A DNA stretch of 41,251 nucleotides, taken from Bacteroidales bacterium. Its GTDB lineage: Bacteria > Bacteroidota > Bacteroidia > Bacteroidales > UBA7332. The notes under the pieces are model-generated. The model saw nothing but the letters and a program-made list of their open reading frames with translations. It searched no databases and was not told the DNA's origin. Location of the stretch: contig JBOFIZ010000396.1 of the NCBI GenBank assembly GCA_051650425.1, positions 1 to 41,251 on the forward strand. The letters are read 5' to 3'. The translations under genes and the position numbers were made by a program. Below are positions 26,835 through 36,305 of this stretch, one piece after another; positions within the stretch are counted from its first letter, which is position 1, and the number at the start of each line of letters is the position of its first letter.

Positions 26835-28163
26835 CTAAAGAGATAAAGCGTATTTAGTCTTCATCTTTTTTATTTTCTGATCTTTGATTCGATTCAGTAG
26901 TGATTTAACTTCGGAACGGCGTATTGCTACGTAGGAATGAAATTCTTTCTGATCAATAATACCGATATCCGATTTTTGTAATCCTCCTTGCTGAATAAGG
27001 AATCCTACGATATCAATCTTACTTAGTTTATCTTTTTTACCCTTACCGATGTAAAGTGTAACCCACTCAGCTACCGGAACGGCAGGAGTTTTAGGTGATA
27101 ATGAATAGAACGGTGTCTTTTCATCTACATATTCGGGCAAATATTCATCAGGACCCAGAATCAAATAAGCTGCTCCTTCAGCATTCATACGGGCTGTACG
27201 TCCGTTACGGTGAATAAATGCATCCTGACTGTTTGGCAAATGATAGTGTATAACATCTGTAATTTCAGGAATATCCAATCCGCGTGAAGCTAAGTCTGTA
27301 GAAACAAAGACGTGTGTACTTCCGTTACGGAACTTAATCAGGGCACGTTCACGTTCGGGTTGCTCCATTCCTCCATGAAAGAATGAATTCGGAATACCTT
27401 GCTCAAGTAGATAGTCGCTTACGCGCTCAACGCTTTCGCGGTAGTTGCAAAACACTAGCTTCTTACCTAAACCTGTTTCACAAAGCAAACGATAAAGTGT
27501 ATCAAGTTTATCTGCTTCGGGACTTTTTACCTGTTTCAAGACAAGCCCCTTAGATTGGTTTACTTCGGGAAGGAAGTTCAGCTTCTCAGGATTAACCATG
27601 CCTGTATATTCAGGTATCTCAGCATCAGTAGCAGAAGTCAGCATACGTCTTTTCACGTTTGTGAGCTTTGCAATGATCGCAGACATTTCTTCCGTAAATC
27701 CTAATTCAAGGGCTTTATCAAATTCATCGAGAATCAATGTGTTGATTGATTCAATATCAATACGTCCGCGCTCCATGTGATCAAGGATACGACCGGGAGT
27801 CCCGATAAGGACAGCCGGAGCTTCGATTAACTCGTCTTTTTCAACCTTTAGCGAGTGACCTCCATAACAACAAACGACTTTGAGACCTGTCCCCATATCG
27901 CGGAATACACGTTCAATCTGCTGAGCAAGTTCGCGGGCAGGTGCAAGAATAAGTACCTGAGTTTTGTTTTTGACTTCTGGATTAAGTTTCTCTGCTACAG
28001 GAAGCAAGAAAGCCAATGTTTTTCCTGAACCGGTAGGTGAAAGAAGTATTATATCGTCAGATTTGCGACAAGCATCAACCATTGCCGATTGCATCGGTTT
28101 AAGCGATTCAAATCCTAACTTATGGATAATCGCTTCAATCTGTTTGTTTTCTTTTTTATTCAT
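26835..28163 (-). CDS. DEAD-box ATP-dependent RNA helicase with a C-terminal DbpA-type RNA-binding domain
   Basis: Q motif GFESLKPMQ, motif I SPTGSGKT, Ia PARELA, II DEFD (variant of DEAD), III SAT, VI HRNGRTAR. The C-terminal VTLYIGKGKKDKLSKIDIVGFL... is DbpA-like. Confidence 0.92.
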   Translation of the reverse strand: MNKKENKQIEAIIHKLGFESLKPMQSAMVDACRKSDDIILLSPTGSGKTLAFLLPVAEKLNPEVKNKTQVLILAPARELAQQIERVFRDMGTGLKVVCCYGGHSLKVEKDELIEAPAVLIGTPGRILDHMERGRIDIESINTLILDEFDKALELGFTEEMSAIIAKLTNVKRRMLTSATDAEIPEYTGMVNPEKLNFLPEVNQSKGLVLKQVKSPEADKLDTLYRLLCETGLGKKLVFCNYRESVERVSDYLLEQGIPNSFFHGGMEQPERERALIKFRNGSTHVFVSTDLASRGLDIPEITDVIHYHLPNSQDAFIHRNGRTARMNAEGAAYLILGPDEYLPEYVDEKTPFYSLSPKTPAVPVAEWVTLYIGKGKKDKLSKIDIVGFLIQQGGLQKSDIGIIDQKEFHSYVAIRRSEVKSLLNRIKDQKIKKMKTKYALSL

Positions 28164-28284
28164 AGTACAAAGATACGCTTTCGGTGTTTAGCGAATTGAC
28201 TTCTATTCGTCAAACTTTCCTAAAATTCGGATTCTATTTCTATTTTAAAAGTCAGTTGTATGAAAAGAACTCATCGGAAGACAT

Positions 28285-28292
28285 TATATTTG
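28285..28292 (+). promoter_or_regulatory. candidate -7 box TATATTTG for the trmH-like gene
   Basis: Exact TAnnTTTG match 22 nt upstream of the ATG at 28314. It lies inside the longer ORF-track version (28260 start), which argues for the shorter start. Confidence 0.35.
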
Positions 28293-28313
28293 CAAGAAAT
28301 TAGTATTTCTTAT

Positions 28314-29072
28314 ATGCTGACAAAGAACAAAATAAAATATATCCAATCCTTACAGAAAAAGAAGCATCGGGAAGAAACAGGCTGCTTTGCTGCTGAGGGG
28401 AATCGTTTAGTAGAAGATCTGTTATCGTCCTGTGGTTGCCAGATATTGGTTTGCACACAGGATTTTCTGGATCAGCTGGGCTTTACACCAAAGACCGAAG
28501 AACTGATCATTACGGATAAAACATCTATGGAAAAGCTGAGCATTCAGAAAAGTGCTCAGCAGGCTATCGGAGTGTTTTATCAGAAACAATATGCATTGAC
28601 TCCTGAAGATTTAAAGGGGAAACTTACTTTGGCTCTTGACACAGTGCAGGATCCCGGAAACCTGGGTACGATTATCCGGATTGCAGACTGGTTTGGCATT
28701 GAGCATATAATCTGTTCGAAAGAAACGGTTGATATGTACAATCCGAAAACCATCCAGGCTACAATGGGCGCTCTGGGCAGAATTAAAATTCATTATGTGG
28801 ATCTACCTGAACTATTGAGTCAGACGAACCTGCCTGTTTATGGTACTTTCCTGGATGGAACAAATCTTTACAATGAAGAGATTACGCCGGAGGGTATCAT
28901 TGTGATGGGTAATGAAGGAAACGGTATCTCGGGAGAGATTGAGAAGCTGGTAACAAAGAAACTTCTTATTCCGGGATATCCTAATGAGAAACCTATGTGT
29001 GAATCATTAAATGTCGGTGTGGCCACATCTATTATCTGTGCTGAATTCAGACGTCAGTCAGCTAAGAAGTAA
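28314..29072 (+). CDS. TrmH/SpoU-family RNA 2'-O-methyltransferase
   Basis: N-terminal substrate-binding region (KIKYIQSLQKKKHREE...FAAEGNRLVEDLL). SpoU motifs LDTVQDPGNLGTIIR, IIVMGNEGNGIS and SLNVGVATSII. Confidence 0.9.
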   Translation: MLTKNKIKYIQSLQKKKHREETGCFAAEGNRLVEDLLSSCGCQILVCTQDFLDQLGFTPKTEELIITDKTSMEKLSIQKSAQQAIGVFYQKQYALTPEDLKGKLTLALDTVQDPGNLGTIIRIADWFGIEHIICSKETVDMYNPKTIQATMGALGRIKIHYVDLPELLSQTNLPVYGTFLDGTNLYNEEITPEGIIVMGNEGNGISGEIEKLVTKKLLIPGYPNEKPMCESLNVGVATSIICAEFRRQSAKK

Positions 29073-29092
29073 TATATCAATTAAACTCAGAT

Positions 29093-29941
29093 ATGAAAAG
29101 AATTTTATTCCCTATTGCCTTTGTATGCATTTTATCGGCTTGCTCGGGCAATAAAGAAGATGCCGAAAAACGATATAATAGTGCCCTTTCTTTATTTGAG
29201 CAGGGTGACTATAATTTAGCCAAACGTGAGATTGATTCCATACGCAATCAGTATCCGAAGGAGTTTGATGTCATTCGCAAGAGTATCCGTTTAATGCGTA
29301 AAATAGAGTTTCAGGAACAACAACGGAACTTCGCGTATTGTGATTCGATGCTTACAGTTTATACACATAAATCAGACAGTCTGAAAAAACAGTTCCAGTT
29401 TCAATTAGATAAAGAATATGATCAAATCGGACGATACGTACAGAAATCGCTGACTTTGGACCGTAACCTTAATCATAATTATCTGCGTGCAGAGGTTTTT
29501 GAGAATGGGACACTACAACTGATCAGTGTATATAATGGTACGAGCCCGTTGAATCACAACCGGATTAAGGTAAGTCTGAAAGATGGTTCCTATGCGGAAA
29601 CAGAGGCTATCCCTTATGACGGAGGTCGGAATTATCGTTTTAAAGATGACGGAGCATATCATGAACGCGTTACCTATAATCTGAAAAATGATGGTGGAGC
29701 AACCGGTTTTATTGCCGACTTTAAGGATCAGCCCATCAATCTATTGTTCATTGGCGACAAAAAAGAAGCAACTTCTCTCCTACCTGAGCAAAAAAAGGCG
29801 ATTGCTCAATCTGTAGAACTTTCTTCTTATCTGCAAAGTATGCAAAACCTTGTTGAAGAACGACGATTAGCAGAAGCTAAACTGAATCTGCTTAAGAAAA
29901 AAGAGGAGGAAATAGCTAAGAAAGAGGCTTCTGAAAAATAG
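29093..29941 (+). CDS. hypothetical lipoprotein with a C-terminal coiled-coil/Lys-Glu-rich tail
   Basis: Lipobox ILSAC after a signal peptide. No recognisable catalytic motif. It starts 20 nt after the trmH-like gene. Confidence 0.6.
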   Translation: MKRILFPIAFVCILSACSGNKEDAEKRYNSALSLFEQGDYNLAKREIDSIRNQYPKEFDVIRKSIRLMRKIEFQEQQRNFAYCDSMLTVYTHKSDSLKKQFQFQLDKEYDQIGRYVQKSLTLDRNLNHNYLRAEVFENGTLQLISVYNGTSPLNHNRIKVSLKDGSYAETEAIPYDGGRNYRFKDDGAYHERVTYNLKNDGGATGFIADFKDQPINLLFIGDKKEATSLLPEQKKAIAQSVELSSYLQSMQNLVEERRLAEAKLNLLKKKEEEIAKKEASEK

Positions 29942-30027
29942 TATACTATTTTGAGAATACTCCTTCGGTGAAAATATATGCCGGCTGTGTCAGAACATAT
30001 AATTCAAAACAGTCAGTGAGCTAAGGT

Positions 30028-30070
30028 GGCTTAATTTGTTATTACAACTAACAGATTAAGCCGCTTTTTT
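30028..30070 (+). terminator. Rho-independent terminator after the lipoprotein gene
   Basis: GGCTTAATTTGTT (30028-30040) / AACAGATTAAGCC (30050-30062): a 13-bp stem with one mismatch and a 9-nt loop, followed by GCTTTTTT. Confidence 0.6.
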
Positions 30071-30164
30071 ATCCAGATTGTATCATTTGCGAATGTTTAA
30101 CATTGGAAATTAATATTATATATATACATTGCACACCTGTAACTAACTAAACACAATATACGTC

Positions 30165-33100
30165 ATGAAAAATTCCAGATTTATACTTGGCGCTATCACT
30201 TTGGCTATCTGTCCGTTTGTATCTATAGCTCAAAACGGAAGTGATAATAAAACGGTCACGCTGAACAGTTTTCCGGACTGGCTGATTCAGATACAACTGG
30301 CTGATTCACTGGATCAACCACAACAAGTAATCTCTTTGACCGATTCAATCATACCTTTAGCCTTGAAAGCGGGTAACGATGATGTTGCTCTAAGAGCCAT
30401 TATATATCAATACAACAACCAGACTCAGCTTAATCTAAACAATCAAACGGCTAATCTCAAGGCTTTTCTGGATTGGGTAGAACAGCTCCATAGTCCTTCG
30501 TATAAGGCTATCGGGTATATGTATTTTCTATCTAAGGACTACCCTGTTCTTTTAAAGAAACCCGAATGTGTAGTTTTAGACAATCTGAATAAATGTCTGA
30601 AAACAATGAAGAATGAACCTGTGTCGGGTTTTTGCAGCATCATCAGGCTAAATTCTTTCACGGAGATTATAGCACCTACGCTTGGTGACTATCTGAGATT
30701 CTTATTTGTATCGCAATACAAAAACAACAGAACTTCGGATGAAGAGCTAAGTAAGTTAACAAATAATTACCTGAACGAGCTGGAAAAGAGTTCGTCTGTG
30801 CCTACACGCATGTATGCGCAGTTTTTGCGAATCAGTAATGATCAATCGTTCGACGATTACTGTACAGAATTATTAAAACTGTATGAACAATACAAAGAGA
30901 TACCGGAATCGGGATTGCTTTTATCGAGGTATTTCAATCAGGATAAACAAAAAGAGATTGAGCTCCTAGAAGGTTACATTAAGCGGTTCCCGAAGTCGGA
31001 TTTCTCAGAATCTTTCAACTATAAGCTTTCCATTCTGAATAATCCGATCAGCAGATTATCTTTCCCTTATCAGGTTTATCCGAATACAGCAACTCCATTT
31101 CAAGCAAATAGCTATCTCATGAAGCAGTTTACGCTTAATTTTGAGAATGCTAAAGAAAAGAAAAGTATTAATCAGAATTATGTATTGGCAAATCCTGGGA
31201 AATATACTTTTGAAAAGGAAATCCTTCTGCTACCAAAACTTTCGGATGGAACGTGGAATATTGTACCTGATGATGGACAAGAAAGAGATTATAAACAGAC
31301 TATCACCGCATCAAAAGGAATAGGTTATCAAGTCAGCAATCGGATTATCGGTGTTGATTTCAGAACGGGAGAACCTATAAAAAAAGGATCTGTCTACTTA
31401 TATCAGGACAAAACTATAAAGGAATATGCACTACATAACGGTATTTATGAGATTCCTGATGTGATGAACAAAAAGGAAAATCATTATCAAACAAATTATT
31501 ATGCTATTCGTAAGGGTACTACGCCATCTATAAAAACATTCTTATTCCAGACTCAGAAACCGAACAAAAATGAGCAGATACGTACATCTCATTTACTGAC
31601 AGATAAACCGATTTATAAACCAGGAGATTCAGTTCGGTTTAAACTATGGAGCTGGGAGGCTACAAATAAAAATGCACAGGCTTTGAGCAATGTGCAAGGT
31701 TTGGTGTACCTATATGATACCAATTACAAAATAATTGATTCAACACAAATTATAACTGATAAATACGGTACAGCATGGGGAGGATTTCACCTGCCTCAGT
31801 TTGGATTGAACGGCAACCATCAATTAGTGGCATATCTGAATAAAACATCCAAAAACGAGATTCAAAGCAGTGCCTCTTTCCAGGTAGAGGACTATAAAGC
31901 TCCGACTTTTATGATTCAGCTAAATAAGCCTGATTCGACTTATAGCCTGAATACGCCTATACATATTACAGGAAAAGCTTATTCCTATAATGGGTTACCG
32001 CTGAGAAATCAGACGATATCCTATAGTGGTAATTATACTCCACTTTATCGTTTCTTCTTTGGTGCGCGCGATCAACAAATGAACTTTTCTATCGAAGGAG
32101 AAATCAAAACAAATGATGAAGGTAATTTCTCATTCGTAGTTACAACACCCGATAAGGTTCGAACAAATCGGTTTATTCAGATGTGGAATTTACAGTTAAC
32201 CGCTACTGCAACCGATCAAAAGGGTGAAACGCAGAGCCAGTCTTTAGCTCTGATAGTTTCGGATAAAAAATACCGATTAACGGTCAATGCCCCGGCATTT
32301 ATGGATTTGAGTAAAGCTCAACCGGAAGTCAATGTAACGGCACGTAATCTGACCAATCAGAATCTGGAAGTCACTGGCAGATGGGAGCTTCTGAATAACC
32401 AAAAGCACACTATAAGTCAGGGTGTCTGGAACAGTAATGAGCCGATCCTATGGAGTGATTTCAGGAAATTTGCAACCGGTGAATATCAGTTGAAAGTATC
32501 CTACGATAACGATACAATTTCTAAGAATATTATTCTGTACAACTCAGCAAAAAAAGAATTAGCGATCGATACAACACTGATGGTTATTCCTTCGGAAGAG
32601 AGTAAGAATCGAATTTACCTGGTAACATCCGAACCGGAATTACATGTGTTGTATGCGCTAAGCAGATCGGATAAAGAGAGTGAGTACAAATGGCTTCGAC
32701 TTCGGAAAGGAATGTTAAGCCTTGATTTACCCGAACTTCCGGAAGGTGTTTATGCATCCGCACAAATGACTACTGTCAGAAATTACAACTTCAAAACAGA
32801 AACTTACAACTATAACAATGCAGTCAAGCTGGATTCACTGGATGTTTCGTTAAGTACATTCAGAGATAAATTAACTCCGGGAGCAAAAGAAAACTGGACA
32901 CTTCGTATAAGCAAGAATGGTAAAACAAATATAGATCAGTCCGTCTTAGCCTATATGTATGATAAAGCATTGGATACATATATGCCTTATAAAACTCCGT
33001 TTAATGTATCATTGATTAAATCAAATCCGGCATTAAATATTATTTCGTCCAACGGATTCGGAATGAATTACATGAACATTGAGAAGCCTATAGAGGCTTG

Positions 33101-35483
33101 GAATGGAGTATATAATACGCTTATTCAATTCGGATTCATCTCAGACAGAAATTTTAGTATGAAATATCCGTTAATGAACAAAATGGCTGTACGTGGTATA
33201 AACCGAATTGAATCTCTGAATATTGAGAATACTGAACATGATATCGTCGTTGGATACGGAGTTTCTTCAGCAAAAATCCAGAATGGAGTAGCAGCAGGTT
33301 TGCGTACTAATTTTGCTGATTGTGCATTTTTCTATCCGAATATCCCGACAAGCGAAAATGGTGAAACCTCGTTCTCGTTTACTTTACCGGATTTAATTAC
33401 GGAGTGGAAGTTTGTTGCGATAGCCAATACGCCTGATATGCAAATCGGTAAAAAGGAATATACCTTTACTGCTCAGAAATCTTTAATGATTCAAACGAAT
33501 GAACCGGATTTTTTGCGTCAGGGTGATGAATCACAAATTAATGCAACGCTCTCTTATCTGAATAAACCAACAGATAAGGCAATTGTAAGTTTTGAACTAA
33601 TTGATCCGATTTCTAATAAGATAATTAGTCAAACAGAAAAAGAGATTGCAAATCCTCAACAAGTAAATGCGTTAAATTTCTCTGTTACAATTCCGACAAA
33701 TTGCAAAGAAATAATTGTCAGACTAAAAGCTACAAGTGGCGATTTCTCTGATGGTGAACAATTCCGTGTACCGGTAATGTCCGCAGATATTGCACTGACA
33801 GAAACTATATCTCTGAACACTCCTGCAGAAAGCACTGAGTCATTCGTGTACAAAGTTCCTGATATGCGAACATTACGAAACCAGCAGTCGCAATTCAAAC
33901 TGGAATTGGTTAAGAATCCGGCCTGGTTCGTTGCAGATGCATTGTCGGCATTATTGCAGCCTACAAATAAATCGGCTGACGGCTGGATAAGTGCGTATTA
34001 TGCCAATACACTTGGTGAAGCAATTGCTAAGGCTAATCCGGAATTTGAAAATGCAGTAAAAGAGAAACTGCTAAATAATCCGTTAAACAATAAAACAGCG
34101 AGTACACCTTGGGTAAGTAGTGAAGAACTTATAGAAAAACAATTACAACAGTTATCTCTCTTATATCTTCCCGGACAAATGGAGTATTTACGCTCTAATG
34201 CATTCAATAATCTTAAAGCGTTACAAAATCCGGATGGTGGATTCTCCTGGTTTCCGGGTATGCCTTCGTCTTTATTCCAGACTTTGAATGTCCTTCGTCG
34301 GATGGGCGAGTTGACTCAATTAGGTGTAATTGAATATGGCGAACTTGAAAAAATGCTTCAGATTGAGGCACTGAGATTTGTTGATCAGAGCTTTGTAGAA
34401 ATATCAAAAGAAAGTAAGACTGACAGATCTACAGAACCTTTGAGTTCTCTACAAATTATGATGCTTTATGTGAGAAGCCTGTATAATGATATTCCACTGG
34501 CGGGAGAGACACTTAAAGTACATAAAGCCTGGATTAGTCAGGCCAAATACAGCTGGACACGAACATCCTTATATTCGAAAGCGCTTTTAGCGAATGTATT
34601 ATATAACTACGGTTTTGGTGAAGAAGCAAATCAAATAGTGAAGTCTATAATTAATTATGGAGTAAGTTCTAAATTAAATGGGTTCTGGTTCCCTTCTAAT
34701 AAGACGGATCAGATTGCTACACAGGTCGCTGTAATGCAATTATTTTATAATACGCCGGCAAAAGATCCGGCACGTTTCGAACAAATGAAACTTTGGCTGA
34801 TTGCTCAAAAAGAGACTCGTCTATGGAGAACGGGCGTTGAAACGCTGGATGCGGTTTTCGCATTAACGATGCAAGGAGCAAATCCGATAAAGTCAAACGG
34901 AGACATGCAACTGTATTTAGGAAACAATCGATTGAATACAAATGCCCCGAATCTGGTTTCAATGATTTTGACAACCGATGAAATTGTGAGCGCTAATGGA
35001 CGGATTCGCATAGAGAACCAATCAAATATGCCTGTTTATGGGGCTTTATACCGAACATTTGAAACACCGGTTAAGAAAGTAAATGAAAGTAAGCAGAGTG
35101 GCTTGAGTATTCGCAAAGAGATTACAGGAGTTTCTCAGAACAATAAAATCGGCAATGAACTAACTGTAAGATTAACCATCACTTCTGACAAAACCATGAA
35201 TTTTGTGGAGGTCAGCGATCAGTTAGCAGCTTGCTTTGAGCCACAAGATGAGTTGTCGGGATTTGAGACAGGAAAGTCTGTTTTCTACTATAAAGAAGTA
35301 AAAGAATCATCTGTAAACTTCTTTATCGATACCTTACCTCGTGGTACAAGCGTGATCGAATATAAAGTATGGCTAGACCGGGCAGGTGAATATCAATCGG
35401 GTATTGCAACGGTAAAATCAATCTATACACCACAATATTGTGGATATTCGGGTAATTCTGAGCTAAAAGTAATTGGGCAATAA
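30165..35483 (+). CDS. alpha-2-macroglobulin-family protein (MG2/A2M domains), thioester-less, 1772 aa
   Basis: Signal peptide ...FVSIAQN. MG2-like block LTDKPIYKPGDSVRFKLW...TDKYGTAWGGFHLP, then FQVEDYKAPTFMI. A2M block FADCAFFYPNIPTSENGETSFSFTLPDLITEWKFVAIA. Alpha/alpha-toroid TED-like region NPDGGFSWFPG. There is no CxEQ motif anywhere; the expected position reads LLQPTNKSADGWIS. Confidence 0.88.
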   Translation: MKNSRFILGAITLAICPFVSIAQNGSDNKTVTLNSFPDWLIQIQLADSLDQPQQVISLTDSIIPLALKAGNDDVALRAIIYQYNNQTQLNLNNQTANLKAFLDWVEQLHSPSYKAIGYMYFLSKDYPVLLKKPECVVLDNLNKCLKTMKNEPVSGFCSIIRLNSFTEIIAPTLGDYLRFLFVSQYKNNRTSDEELSKLTNNYLNELEKSSSVPTRMYAQFLRISNDQSFDDYCTELLKLYEQYKEIPESGLLLSRYFNQDKQKEIELLEGYIKRFPKSDFSESFNYKLSILNNPISRLSFPYQVYPNTATPFQANSYLMKQFTLNFENAKEKKSINQNYVLANPGKYTFEKEILLLPKLSDGTWNIVPDDGQERDYKQTITASKGIGYQVSNRIIGVDFRTGEPIKKGSVYLYQDKTIKEYALHNGIYEIPDVMNKKENHYQTNYYAIRKGTTPSIKTFLFQTQKPNKNEQIRTSHLLTDKPIYKPGDSVRFKLWSWEATNKNAQALSNVQGLVYLYDTNYKIIDSTQIITDKYGTAWGGFHLPQFGLNGNHQLVAYLNKTSKNEIQSSASFQVEDYKAPTFMIQLNKPDSTYSLNTPIHITGKAYSYNGLPLRNQTISYSGNYTPLYRFFFGARDQQMNFSIEGEIKTNDEGNFSFVVTTPDKVRTNRFIQMWNLQLTATATDQKGETQSQSLALIVSDKKYRLTVNAPAFMDLSKAQPEVNVTARNLTNQNLEVTGRWELLNNQKHTISQGVWNSNEPILWSDFRKFATGEYQLKVSYDNDTISKNIILYNSAKKELAIDTTLMVIPSEESKNRIYLVTSEPELHVLYALSRSDKESEYKWLRLRKGMLSLDLPELPEGVYASAQMTTVRNYNFKTETYNYNNAVKLDSLDVSLSTFRDKLTPGAKENWTLRISKNGKTNIDQSVLAYMYDKALDTYMPYKTPFNVSLIKSNPALNIISSNGFGMNYMNIEKPIEAWNGVYNTLIQFGFISDRNFSMKYPLMNKMAVRGINRIESLNIENTEHDIVVGYGVSSAKIQNGVAAGLRTNFADCAFFYPNIPTSENGETSFSFTLPDLITEWKFVAIANTPDMQIGKKEYTFTAQKSLMIQTNEPDFLRQGDESQINATLSYLNKPTDKAIVSFELIDPISNKIISQTEKEIANPQQVNALNFSVTIPTNCKEIIVRLKATSGDFSDGEQFRVPVMSADIALTETISLNTPAESTESFVYKVPDMRTLRNQQSQFKLELVKNPAWFVADALSALLQPTNKSADGWISAYYANTLGEAIAKANPEFENAVKEKLLNNPLNNKTASTPWVSSEELIEKQLQQLSLLYLPGQMEYLRSNAFNNLKALQNPDGGFSWFPGMPSSLFQTLNVLRRMGELTQLGVIEYGELEKMLQIEALRFVDQSFVEISKESKTDRSTEPLSSLQIMMLYVRSLYNDIPLAGETLKVHKAWISQAKYSWTRTSLYSKALLANVLYNYGFGEEANQIVKSIINYGVSSKLNGFWFPSNKTDQIATQVAVMQLFYNTPAKDPARFEQMKLWLIAQKETRLWRTGVETLDAVFALTMQGANPIKSNGDMQLYLGNNRLNTNAPNLVSMILTTDEIVSANGRIRIENQSNMPVYGALYRTFETPVKKVNESKQSGLSIRKEITGVSQNNKIGNELTVRLTITSDKTMNFVEVSDQLAACFEPQDELSGFETGKSVFYYKEVKESSVNFFIDTLPRGTSVIEYKVWLDRAGEYQSGIATVKSIYTPQYCGYSGNSELKVIGQ

Positions 35484-35508
35484 AGAATCCCTTCTTTATC
35501 AATAAATA

Positions 35509-35550
35509 AAAAGCAGTTACATGATTTAATCTGATCATGTAACTGCTTTT
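35509..35550. terminator. Bidirectional terminator between the A2M (+) and CAT-like (-) genes
   Basis: Perfect 17-bp stem AAAAGCAGTTACATGAT (35509-35525) / ATCATGTAACTGCTTTT (35534-35550) with an 8-nt loop. Confidence 0.85.
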
Positions 35551-35557
35551 ATCTTTC

Positions 35558-36229
35558 TTATTTATTAATATCTGCTACGATCTGCTTCATATTTGCCTCT
35601 ATACGCTCGTAAAAGAGTGAAATATGAAAACCATCAACAAAACTATGATTAGCAGTGATCGCAACCGGCATCACCTGACGTCCTTCACGCATCACCATCT
35701 TACCGACATTAATTAAGGGATAATCGGCTCCATGTCTTGCCTTCTGCGTAGTCGTTATGGAGGTAAAATACAACTTGGGAGTTGCACTGATAAGAATCAG
35801 ACCCAGTTTATCAGTCTCGGGATTCAATTCGGCATTGTAGGGATCATTCTCTTTCGGAATGGCATTGATAATAGCTTTAGCCTGATCATGAAAAATCTTA
35901 AAATCAGACTCGAAAGGCAAACGTACAGTAAAGAACTTTCCTTCCTCATTCACTTGTATCGGGCTAAGCAATTCTAACTTATCATATAGATAAATCTGTG
36001 AAGTCACCTCATCATAGCGATATCTCAACTCTTTAATCGAATTGGAGGCCTTCAATATAGAATGAGCATAAGCAAGAAAAAAAGAAAACTTATTTTCTTT
36101 AGCCGCAGCAAATAACTCACCGCACTCAACCTCGGAAGTTACAGAAAAAGAAGGATTCAAAAAGTCTTTGAAAAACATATAGTTACTTTTACGATCCCAG
36201 TTGTCAAGATCTACAATCTTTCTCATCAT
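35558..36229 (-). CDS. CatA-like (chloramphenicol acetyltransferase family) O-acetyltransferase
   Basis: N-terminus IVDLDNWDRKSNYMFFKDFLNPSFSVTSEVEC and C-terminal active-site block VAITANHSFVDGFH (catalytic His retained) match the CAT fold. Confidence 0.85.
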   Translation of the reverse strand: MMRKIVDLDNWDRKSNYMFFKDFLNPSFSVTSEVECGELFAAAKENKFSFFLAYAHSILKASNSIKELRYRYDEVTSQIYLYDKLELLSPIQVNEEGKFFTVRLPFESDFKIFHDQAKAIINAIPKENDPYNAELNPETDKLGLILISATPKLYFTSITTTQKARHGADYPLINVGKMVMREGRQVMPVAITANHSFVDGFHISLFYERIEANMKQIVADINK

Positions 36230-36249
36230 TAAAACAGTTTTGAATAGTT

Positions 36250-36284
36250 AAAAAAAGAGGCTACTTTCAAAAGAAAGAAGCCTC
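36250..36284 (-). terminator. Rho-independent terminator after the Cof-type hydrolase gene
   Basis: GAGGCTACTTTC (36257-36268) / GAAAGAAGCCTC (36273-36284): a 12-bp stem with one mismatch and a 4-nt loop. The minus strand is followed by a T-run (complement of 36250-36256). Confidence 0.65.
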
Positions 36285-36305
36285 AGATATAAGTGTGAGC
36301 AGTGA

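Noticed and set aside
2515-35977. About 30 further 60-89-aa ORFs in the track nested within or antisense to the large genes (e.g. 3155..3412, 9536..9769, 13773..14631 set, 22185..22454, 25659..26028, 33656..35011 set, 35732..35977)
   Set aside because: All are embedded in longer ORFs with clear family signatures. Their translations are low-complexity or hydrophobic noise, typical of alternative frames in AT-rich DNA.
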